Origin: Stramenopiles sp. TOSAG23-2
Lineage: Eukaryota
Reading direction: 5' to 3'
Assembly: GCA_900128395.1 (NCBI GenBank)
Contig: LT649358.1
Location: forward strand, 1 to 33,368
Length of the DNA: 33,368 nt
The notes under the pieces were generated by a model. It did not search any database. It worked only from the letters and a program-made list of their open reading frames with translations, and was not told the origin of the DNA. A program made the translations under genes and the position numbers. Positions within the stretch are counted from its first letter, which is position 1; each line of letters begins with the position of its first letter. This document shows positions 22,594 to 32,700 of the stretch, in pieces.

Positions 22594-25419
22594 ATGTCTA
22601 CCACACCACCACCGCCACCCATACCACCAGAGGAAAGCTTTGATACCTCACAACATAATAATACCTACATACCAAATAATGTCAAACATGATCCTGCTTT
22701 TCTACGTATAGATATGTTATTAAGTGATTTTATTGAAAATAGTAGCATGGAAACATCTAAACAGGAACAGCTAGATACTATAGTGTCTTTGTATATATCA
22801 TATTATGAAACACTAATGCAGAAATCTTTATCTAAAGAAAGGAATTCTCAGACCTTTATACGAAAAATATCAGAAGCAAAAACTGCGTCAAATTTAAAAA
22901 AGGAGTTTGGGGAAGAACGGGAAATGCTAATAGAAAAACTAACTGAGGCTGGCAGGCTGATAGATAAATATGTCAAGAAAATAAAAATAAATAAAGAGAA
23001 GGCAAAACAGAAACAAGGAATTCTGAAACGGTTTATCGTAGATAAAGATGCTGAGATAATAGAACATAAAGAGAAAATTATACATTTAGAAGCACTCAAC
23101 GACGAGTATTTGATACAATATCAAGGAGTTACTGAATTGTCAGATAGTTTACAAGAACAATTAACTACTAGCGAGCAAAAGTTATTTGATGTACAAGAAC
23201 AATTAAGTGAAAGTGAAGAGAAGTTAAAAAAGCTACTAAGTGTACAAGACCAATTGGCTACAACCGAACAAAGGTTGAAAAAATTGCTCAGTGATAATAA
23301 CAATGTAGAATCTATACTAGATGAAACAAACAAAAATAATGCAGCATTAATGGAACAATTATTGAAAGAAAATACTCAAAGTCATGAAATAATATTACAG
23401 CAACATTTGAAGGACTCAACTGACGAAAAAAAAATATTAGAAACTAGTTTACTAGAATCAATAGAAGAGAAGAAAATCTTAAAGGCTAAAATAAACAGCT
23501 TACAAAGTGAATTATCAAATCAATATATTGATAAATTAAACAACAACAACAACAACAACAACAGTAGCAATAACAAGATCAACAATAATGATAATAATAA
23601 TAATAATAACAACAACAACAACAATGAAGATGATAATAATGTAAAAAAACAAGTAAATCGTAATAGCAACAAGGAAAAAATTGATGAAAAACCCAGAGGC
23701 CAATCTCAAAGCCCTAAACGTGGAAAAAGAAGTTTAACGAGAAAAAAATCAAAAGCTGAGATTTTAAAGGCGACAAAAAAAGTTCAATTTTTAGAATCAA
23801 GTATTGAGAAAGCAGTTAGTAATACTAAAATTATCAATGATAACAATGGTTCTTCTTCATACGCTACGAATGCAGTAGAGAAAAACTCCAAACATGGAGG
23901 TAAAAAACCATCTCGTTTTAGAAAAACACGTCGTTCATCTAGCATAAAAAAAGTATATGAAACGTCATCAGTAGTAGTTGCTACACGTATACGTCCGATG
24001 AATAAAATGGAAGTTCAACATTCTGCTGCTAATAGTAGTGATTTTGAAGACAAAGCTGTTGTTTCGACTAGTGATGGAACAAATTTAATATTAGATGTAG
24101 ATTGGGATTTTGATGAAAGTGGGAAAAAACAATATAAAGCAGGTAATAATAATAACAATGATGATAATGATAGAAGCAGCAAGGAAATTCGTTCTTTTAC
24201 GTTTGATGCAACATTTGGGCCTGATGTGGGACAAGAAATAGTATATTTATTGACTGGGAAGCATGTCTTAGATCGTTTCTTGAATGGATATAATGGTACA
24301 ATTTTTGCATATGGACAAACCGGGAGTGGGAAAACATATACAATGATGGGAGATCCAAGTAACACAAATATTGGCCGTGGTGCAGAGTCGGATGGTATTA
24401 CGCCACGACTTATACGTGGTATTTTTGATCATTTGCAACAATTAGAAGACAATGCTGCTGAACATGGTGAAATACAATGGACATTGTGTGTAACATATAT
24501 TGAAATATACATGGAATCTATACGAGACCTATTAAGCAAACGTAATAGTATTAAAAATAAAAGCAACAACAACAATTTCAAAATTAACAAAAATAGAAAT
24601 AATGTTGTCGATATACGAGAACGCCAAGATGGTTCAACGGCATTGAAGGGTGCAATGGAGATAAATGTACGTTCATATGAACATTTAATGGCCTGTATTA
24701 ATGAAGGTACACGAAAGAGATCAACTGAACGTACAAATGCAAATGAAACCAGTTCTAGGTCCCATAGTGTCGTAACGTTAAAATTGACTGTAATTGAAGG
24801 TAGTGAAAATGAAGGCTCGTTAAGTTCCTCTCGTAGATCTATGAATGGAAGTAGTAGTAGTAGTAGTGGTACAGTTGTGTCGAAGTTACATGTTGTAGAT
24901 TTAGCTGGTAGTGAAAATGCAGAAGCAACTGAAGGTGTATCACAGCAAAGGCGGCAAGAAGGTTTACATATAAATAAAAGTTTACTTGCATTGCACCGTG
25001 TTATACGAACATTAACGAAGGAGAAAGAAAGCAGTAATAGTGCAGGCACTTTCATTCCATACCGGGAAAGTAAACTCACTCGTTTATTGAAAGACTCTTT
25101 AGGTGGCAATTGTTTCACGCTAATGATATGTAATTTATCTCCTTCATCAATGTCATTTGGGGAGACTAAGCGTAGTATACAATTCGCACAAAGCGTGAAA
25201 AATGTTAAAAATAAAGCTGTAAAAAACCTTGATCCAAGAACGGGGCGAATTAGACAATTGGAAGCGGAAAATAAAAAATTACGATTATTAGTTGCTGAAT
25301 ACAAACGGTTAATGATGGAAACTATTGTTGGAGAGGATGATGATGACGATGGTTATGAAGATGATGATAGGGATGATGATAGTTTACTGTCGGAAAGTAC
25401 AAGTGAAAGTACTGTGTAA
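22594..25419 (+). CDS. Kinesin with N-terminal coiled coil and C-terminally placed motor domain
   Basis: VATRIRP, FTFD, P-loop FAYGQTGSGKTYTM, switch I SSRSH, switch II VDLAGSE, and IPYRESKLTRLLKDSLGGN. Confidence 0.95.
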   Translation: MSTTPPPPPIPPEESFDTSQHNNTYIPNNVKHDPAFLRIDMLLSDFIENSSMETSKQEQLDTIVSLYISYYETLMQKSLSKERNSQTFIRKISEAKTASNLKKEFGEEREMLIEKLTEAGRLIDKYVKKIKINKEKAKQKQGILKRFIVDKDAEIIEHKEKIIHLEALNDEYLIQYQGVTELSDSLQEQLTTSEQKLFDVQEQLSESEEKLKKLLSVQDQLATTEQRLKKLLSDNNNVESILDETNKNNAALMEQLLKENTQSHEIILQQHLKDSTDEKKILETSLLESIEEKKILKAKINSLQSELSNQYIDKLNNNNNNNNSSNNKINNNDNNNNNNNNNNNEDDNNVKKQVNRNSNKEKIDEKPRGQSQSPKRGKRSLTRKKSKAEILKATKKVQFLESSIEKAVSNTKIINDNNGSSSYATNAVEKNSKHGGKKPSRFRKTRRSSSIKKVYETSSVVVATRIRPMNKMEVQHSAANSSDFEDKAVVSTSDGTNLILDVDWDFDESGKKQYKAGNNNNNDDNDRSSKEIRSFTFDATFGPDVGQEIVYLLTGKHVLDRFLNGYNGTIFAYGQTGSGKTYTMMGDPSNTNIGRGAESDGITPRLIRGIFDHLQQLEDNAAEHGEIQWTLCVTYIEIYMESIRDLLSKRNSIKNKSNNNNFKINKNRNNVVDIRERQDGSTALKGAMEINVRSYEHLMACINEGTRKRSTERTNANETSSRSHSVVTLKLTVIEGSENEGSLSSSRRSMNGSSSSSSGTVVSKLHVVDLAGSENAEATEGVSQQRRQEGLHINKSLLALHRVIRTLTKEKESSNSAGTFIPYRESKLTRLLKDSLGGNCFTLMICNLSPSSMSFGETKRSIQFAQSVKNVKNKAVKNLDPRTGRIRQLEAENKKLRLLVAEYKRLMMETIVGEDDDDDGYEDDDRDDDSLLSESTSESTV

Positions 25420-25605
25420 TACGAACGTACTTCGTACGCTCGTACTTTTTACAACAAAATGTTTTTATGTGTGTGTTAACAAAAGATTTTTTTACTAAAA
25501 CTGCGTGCATCTCATATTATTTTAATTAACCAAGTAAATTACGAATATATATCAATGTATAATGCACACTATCATATCATATACCCCCCAATATTTTATT
25601 TCTCT

Positions 25606-26652
25606 TCATAAACGCGATGCTGATGGTGAAACACGATTCTCAAAAGCAGAAATCAATTTTTTACCAACAGTTTGTGTTCTCCACATTGTTCTAATCTCTG
25701 TTTCTGGAAACGGTTCGCGATAATGTAATAAGACCCGATTATCCATTACGGCAACATCACCAACTTGCCATTTATGTACAAATGTATACTCGTCATCAAT
25801 CATCAGATCCCATAAATTATTTATAATTTCTTCATTCTGTTTATCATCGATATTTGGCAACAATGACTGTAGAAATGCATTCTTTCGTCTTCCCGGAAAA
25901 ATAATTGGAAACTCGCCATATTCTTCAACGTGTATAAACAATGGATGTACAGCACCTGGAGCTTCTCTTGGTGATTTTGGATGTGTCATCCTTGGCCTTA
26001 ACACACCATGGCTTGCATAGCTAGAGTCATGCTTCAGTCTCGCACTAAATAACTTTTGTAGTCTTGTTGTATTACCTTCATATTTTTCTAAAATTCGTTG
26101 ATATGTTGGCAAAAGCGAACAAAACATCGTACGTCCGCCTTCTTTTGTAGGTTGCTCTGCGTATAATAATGAAAATTCGACTGGGGTAGCTGTATAATTC
26201 ATATCGCTATGCCATTCCCAAACATTTTTTGCAAATTGGTTCTTTGAATCATGTCTTGAAGTGCCAAAACTCCCTGCAAAACCTTTATTTGATATTACTG
26301 CTACGTGCGGGTCTCTATTATAATGTTTCATCCACAAATCAACTTGTTCATTGATACTAGGAGTTGGAGATGAGCAATATTTCGCAATATCAGGATGAAC
26401 TCTATCTCCCATGCCAATGCCAGTTACCATCCCCGGACCAATTGCACATTGACCAAAACATTTTTCCGTCATCAAGACAAGCTCCGTTTGTGTCATCTTT
26501 CGACCAAATCGAAATACAGCAGCACCACCATGTTTCACTACTTCGCTACGAAATTTTAACGCTTCTTCTGGCGTTATATTTTCAACATTATCAATATGTT
26601 GGCAATTAATAAGTATTCCAATATTAGATTGTTTCACATCTCTGTTCGACAT
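25606..26652 (-). CDS. TauD/TfdA family Fe(II)/2-oxoglutarate dioxygenase
   Basis: HxD in WHSDM, GGRTMF, AVHPL, and HKWQVGDVAVMDNRVLLHYR with the distal His and a downstream Arg. Confidence 0.88.
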   Translation of the reverse strand: MSNRDVKQSNIGILINCQHIDNVENITPEEALKFRSEVVKHGGAAVFRFGRKMTQTELVLMTEKCFGQCAIGPGMVTGIGMGDRVHPDIAKYCSSPTPSINEQVDLWMKHYNRDPHVAVISNKGFAGSFGTSRHDSKNQFAKNVWEWHSDMNYTATPVEFSLLYAEQPTKEGGRTMFCSLLPTYQRILEKYEGNTTRLQKLFSARLKHDSSYASHGVLRPRMTHPKSPREAPGAVHPLFIHVEEYGEFPIIFPGRRKNAFLQSLLPNIDDKQNEEIINNLWDLMIDDEYTFVHKWQVGDVAVMDNRVLLHYREPFPETEIRTMWRTQTVGKKLISAFENRVSPSASRL

Positions 26653-26656
26653 GGTT

Positions 26657-26677
26657 TATATATATATATATATATAT
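26657..26677. repeat. (TA)n microsatellite immediately upstream of the TauD start codon
   Basis: Read directly from the sequence. Confidence 0.9.
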
Positions 26678-27187
26678 GATGGGAAGAGACAGCAGTGAAA
26701 GTGCACTGGAAGAATTAGAATGTTTTTTTGTTGTTTATTTAGTATATGATTTACTTTTACTCTCTCCACTAACTGTTTTTTTGTTGTTTTGTTTTTTTTG
26801 GTTTGAAGAAGTAGTGCTCGTAAGACGGAAGCAGTTTTGACATTTATTTGGTTTTTTTAGGAGCCGTCCGGAGAAGATAGAACATATATAGGTTAAATAA
26901 GCTTATACTATAGTACAAATAACACTATACTTAATAATTAAAAAAATTCTGAACCAACATTTGACAAGCAATTCTTTCTTTGCCCTCATTCCGCATATTA
27001 TTTAAGCCTGGTATATTATATACGAAGTTGTTATTAGTAACAACACTAATATAATATTACCTACCTTTATACATACAACAAATATGAAAACAAATAGAAG
27101 AGATAGATATATAGATTATAAAGATACGACAAATTAAAAAAGATATATTCCTTCAATGCCTATAAAGCAGTATTGATAGAAAAATTA

Positions 27188-29447
27188 ATGTCAATTCAGT
27201 TATTAAGAGCTAATATATCAAAAATGGACGAAATGTCCTCGTGTAACGATGAAATAAAAGATGATGAAATACAATTATTCTCGCCAGATGGTATGTTTTG
27301 TACAATTGAGAATCTAGATGTTGAACGTATAAAGCGTGGTTCATGTTCGTTGCTCGATATGCTTTGTGAAAATATGAAAATGTTAGAACTTGGAACAGGA
27401 AAAAAAGCTGCCGTTATTGAAGACAGTTGTACATTCGAGAATCTAGATATTGAATGTACAAAGCGTGATTCATGCTCGTTGCTTAACATGGTCGACGTTA
27501 TTGAAGATGTTCGTCACGTAAAATGTGGCACAATAGTTCTCTTAGGTGGACTAACTGGCCAAAAACTGTTTGAACAAGTCTTACTGTTTTTAAACTGCGA
27601 GTCATTGTCAAAATTGTTACAATCCAGCATGGTGAAACAGATAGATTCACAGTATGAGAATTCATATTTACAAACAGTCATGGTCAAACGTATTTCCAAT
27701 TTTCATAAAGAAAACATTGCATACTGTAAATATCACGTTGAGCAAGCCAAGCCAATCTTGAAGTCATTGAAACCACATTTTGATGAAGGTAAAGTGATAA
27801 AATTTTTATTGAATCGTAATAATAATGTCAAAAGGCAAATAAGCAAAATTGTCAGTGAACACAAAAAAGATGAAAATGAAAAGAGTATTTTACACTTCAT
27901 ATTCAATTTTTTTTTACATTGTTACAAAGATATCGCGCGAGTATTGGACATAGTGACCAGTTTCCGAAAAGTCTTATCAATTGACGTAAATCCACCAATT
28001 GAAGAAGTTATAAGTTTGGGTGTTGTACCAAGGCTTGTAGAATGTTTAAGCGACAATAAAAACCCAGTTTTACAGTTTGAAGCAGCATGGGTTTTAACAA
28101 ATATTGCCAGTGGTACTAGTGACCATACACGCGTTGTTATCGAACATGGTGCAGTACCAAAATTTGTTGATTTATTATTGTCAAACAACGAGGACGTTAG
28201 GGAACAAGCTGTTTGGGCACTTGGTAACATTGCTGGTGACTCGCCATCGTGTAGGAATATAGTTTTGCAAGCATCTGCTTTACCAAATTTATTACAAGAC
28301 GTTAGGGAACAAGCTGTTTGGGCACTTGGTAACATTGCTGGTGACTCGCCATCGTGTAGGAATATAGTTTTGCAAGCATCTGCTTTACCAAATTTATTAC
28401 AACAATTGCAACCTGGTACGAAAGTTTCAATGCAACGAAATGCAACGTGGACCCTATCTAATTTTTGTCGCGGTAAACCTCAACCATCATTTGATCTGGT
28501 TAAACCTGCCTTGCCAACATTAGCACAACTTTTGTTCCAGCAAGATGATGAAGTTTTGACCGATGCATGTTGGGCATTATCATACTTAAGCGATGGTCCA
28601 AATGAAAAAATCCAAGCCGTAATGGAAAGCGGCGTATGTATGCGTTTAGTAGAATTATTGATGCATCCATCAAGAGCAGTACAAACACCTGCTATACGTA
28701 CGGTTGGTAATATTGTTACTGGGGACGATTTACAAACTCAAGTCATTATCAATTGCGGTGCCTTACCATGCATTTTAGCACTTTTATCAAGCCCAAATAA
28801 TCGTATAAGAAAAGAAGCATGTTGGACAGTACGATTTACAAACTCAAGTCATTATCAATTGCGGTGCCTTACCATGCATTTTAGCACTTTTATCAAGCCC
28901 AAATAATCGTATAAGAAAAGAAGCATGTTGGACAGTATCCAACATCACAGCGGGAAATGATATGCAAATTAAGTCTGTGATTGAAGCAAATCTTATTCCA
29001 CCATTGATTAATCTATTAAATTCTGCTGAATTTGATATTAAAAAAGAAGCAGCATGGGCAATCTCAAATGCAACAAGTGGTGGCACATCGGAGCAAATTA
29101 ATTTCTTAGTCAGTCAAGGCTGCATACTGCCATTGTGTGAGTTGCTTGAAGTGAATGATGCAAAGATTGTTACCGTGGCATTAGAAGGCCTTGAGAATAT
29201 CTTGAAAGCTGGAGAAGATTTAAAGGATCAAAATGGCGGTGAAAATCCACATGCAGTTTTAATCGAGCAAGCGAATGGATTGGACAAAATCAATAATTTG
29301 CAACAACATGAAGATAATAACATATACGAGCGTGCTGTGAAAATTTTGGAACAATATTTTGGTGATAAAGAAGATTCAGTAGCAATTGAAAAAACGAGTT
29401 CTGACCATATGCATTTGGAACTTTTATTTGAACAGGCAGTGCAATAA
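27188..29447 (+). CDS. Importin-alpha-like ARM repeat protein with non-canonical N-terminus, interrupted by two tandem duplications
   Basis: ARM motifs [68 protein letters not shown] and [14 protein letters not shown]. Removing the 106-bp copy joins ORFs 27173-28906 and 28962-29447. The first ATG is at 27188; the exact start is uncertain. Confidence 0.92.
27299..27490 (+). repeat. Diverged internal direct repeat (~63 bp, offset 129 bp) in the importin N-terminus
   Basis: [21 protein letters not shown] versus [21 protein letters not shown]; the similarity is also visible in the DNA. Confidence 0.85.
28193..28402. repeat. Perfect 105-bp in-frame tandem duplication (28193-28297 / 28298-28402)
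   Basis: The 35-codon unit [16 protein letters not shown]...LPNLLQ is repeated with identical DNA. Confidence 0.95.
28725..28936. repeat. Perfect 106-bp tandem duplication (28725-28830 / 28831-28936)
   Basis: Identical copies running ACGATTTACAAAC...GGACAGT. It frameshifts the importin-alpha gene. Confidence 0.95.
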
Positions 29448-29731
29448 ATTGATACACTCTTTTAATCGTTGTGATGTTATATAACAATACACAGTTATTT
29501 ATTAGATTTAATAGGACACAGGGGGGAGGAGTTTTAACTATATATTAATACAGTATAACAAATGAAATTAGTAAAAAACAATACTTACCATGTATGTGTA
29601 GTAATTAAATTAATAATAAAAGGATTGGATTACACACACTTAAAGTAAAATTGTTAATATATTTTGTTTATATATATATGTATTAGCTGGAATATATATA
29701 TAATATATATATATATAGTATTTAAATAATC

Positions 29732-32700
29732 ATGCACTCTAATTGTCTTTTCAATCCTAGTCCAATTAATATTATTCTTAGCATCATCATTCGTCTTTTT
29801 TCAATAATAATTGTTTATGTATTGTCGGTGTCTTCCGCTTCAGTTTGTAATATAGACAATGATTGCATAGGCGGGGGTATTTGTGATAAGTTTGAGGGTT
29901 GCATTTGCAGCGCAGGTCGATTTGGCTCGAACTGTCAGCAAAAAATATTTGACATAGGTACAACATATAATACTAATTTAGATGGAACAAAACGATGTTT
30001 TAATACAGTCAAACCAATACCAATTACAACATACTATTCAGAGATAAGAATATGTTTCAACAATTGGGAGTCTCAATTATTAGCCAGTGAAGTATTTTTA
30101 ATTATAACAAAAGAGTTGATCGGCTGGCCAACTCGCGCATATTATTTTAAAGATAACACAGAAAACGCACACGATAATCTAGACGTCCTTGCAAATGGAG
30201 AATGTCATATATTTCTGGAAGGTTGGTTGGAAAATGTTCATTATGCTAAAGGTATGGAAAGGCACGTTTTTCAAAATAGTTCTCAAAAAGTGTTATTCTT
30301 TCCAGATGTTGGATATGAAGGAAGAAATGGATGGTATATAAATTCCAAATCCATTCGCAAAAACTTTCCAACTGATGTATACGCAGCTTTCAAAAAGATG
30401 AATGTACTTCAAGACATGATAGCTTCGCCATTCAATTCTACGAAATATCTACAAAATTGTTCTGGAAACCAAGATTTATGTGATACAGTATCAGGTACAT
30501 ATAAAAATTCCATTTGTCAAGCAGCAGTTCCTTGTGGCAAATTGTATGCTTCAAGAACAAATTATGCCAAGAATCTTATTCAACGGCAAATAAAAGCATT
30601 AGGTTTAAATTTAGAAGTGGAATGGCTGGGTTACAATGGCTTAAAAAATGCTGTACGTAGCCATTTGGATTCGGATACACCTTTTCTATTCTATTGGTGG
30701 ATGCCAGATCCATTTATAATTGAAAATAACGACAAAGTATCTCGTGTGAAATTACCTTCATATGACAGCAGCATATTTAAAACAACAGGTGGGTGTGATT
30801 TTCCACTGGACGCACTTGGGAAGTTTGTTTCGGCAACGTTGCCATCAGTCGTCACTAACTTTGTGGAAAAATTCAAAATTAAGCCAAGTTTAATCAATGC
30901 CCTTCTTTCATTAAATAGAAAATCTGGTGGGGAAAATAAGTGGAATACGGCGTGTAGAACATTGAAGGAGTCTGCAAATCTAGAAAGCTTTTTAACAATT
31001 ATTCCTGGCAAGCAGGACGAAAAGAACACGGTTCGGTTGGCTTTTAGACCAAAAGATCATTCTGGCACAATACTTGCAAATGTATTACAACAATTAATAC
31101 AACAAACATTAGGCATGAATGCCATTTTAATCCCATCGAATAATGATATGGAAGGCCGATGGAAAGTTGCAAATCGCCATGCAGATATGTACGTAGGAAT
31201 GAAATACATGCCTGGTCATAATTTGATTACAGAGAATGAATTTTTACAATTTTTTAACTTTAACCTGGGTTTTCAATCGCAATTGGGACTGTACCTATAT
31301 GTACCTACGTCCTTACCGGTTAAAGCAACATCTATTAATCATTATTTATATGCTGCGGAATTACGTAAATGGTTGCCACCTCTAGGCACATATGACTCGG
31401 ATAACGCTGCATCGTGTGTTTTGTGGTGGTGCCTTGATAGCAATGTGACTAATAGTACTAATAAATACAATGATGGCGGACACTTTGTACCAACATGGTG
31501 TAATAAGCAAAATAACGAATCTTTGTGTGGTGAAATTTTAATATCCGATGGGGTAACAGATTTGCCAGCATGGTCGATTGTAGCAGAAATGATACAGAAT
31601 TTACAATTGCCATTTGCGTTGGTGTTTGTAAATAAAACCACATTATCGTCAGCATTAAATAACAATGGGAAATACGTTATTTTATATTTATCGAAACAAG
31701 ATATAGATATGACTGATGAACTATTTCGATTTCAATTACCGGGATTCAAAAGTAGCTGTATTTCCTCAGCAACACCAACATCTTATAGTTACAACAATCG
31801 ATATTTGGGTAGTTACAATTGTGATTTTCCTATCCAAAATGTTTATATAACTGCTGGCAAACGGATTTGGCAAAAACCCGAGGCACTGCATTTGCTTTTA
31901 GAACGTTTTCAAATACCGTCTTACGAGTTGAAAAAAATGATCCAAGCTTTCATCACTGACACACAAAATAACACTGCAGAAATTTTGGCATCAACATGGA
32001 TTGGGAAAAATTATCATACATGGACTCCATGGATAGCAGGATGTGAAAAGACACCTGGTTATTTTGGTATACGTGGAAAGTGCAAACCGTGTCCATCCGG
32101 TACGTACTCAACAGTTGGTTCAAATGTGTGTCGTTTGTGTCATGAAAATTCATACTCTTTAGCCAATGGTTCCTCCACTTGCATTTCTTGCCCCGATAAT
32201 ACAGCGACTATTATCGAAGGTGCAAATAGGGTTAAAGATTGTGTTTGTACGCAAGGAATAGGACACGCTCAAATGGGTTGTTCTGTATGTCCTGAAAGAG
32301 GCGTTTGTTTTATGGGGAACGTATATGCGCCTAATGGGTATTGGAGACATCAAAATTACACGAATGAAATTTTTAAGTGTCCGTATTTTCCTAGCTGCCT
32401 TGGCGTATCAATAGACACATTATGGTCCTCAAATATTGGGAATGGAAATCGCGTGGAAATGTGCTATGAAAATTTTGACGGGAATTTATGCAACAAGTGT
32501 AAAGATGGTTACGGAAAAGCGATTAGTGGTATATGTGAGAAATGTTCTTCCAACGCAAGTGTATGGATAAGTGTTACTGTTTTGCTTGCCTTCATAATGC
32601 TATTTGTTTTATATCGAGGAAGTCGAGGGCCAAGGGTCCATCGCAAAGAGATTGAAGGGTATCTTGATGAATTGCGGACGGCAATTGAAGCCGATACGGC

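Noticed and set aside
23539..23640. Poly-Asn and other trinucleotide tracts in several CDSs
   Set aside because: A common feature of AT-rich protist genomes; in frame and not specific to this locus.
24429..25304. 291-aa antisense ORF over the kinesin motor
   Set aside because: Shadow ORF from codon bias on the opposite strand, with a non-ATG start and no recognisable motifs.
21116..28936. Tandem duplications as newly born spliceosomal introns
   Set aside because: Exact removal by splicing needs AG|GT (or AG|GC) inside the unit on the sense strand. I found none in the 115-, 105- or 106-bp units. The GT..AG at 28829-28935 is 107 nt and would not restore the frame.
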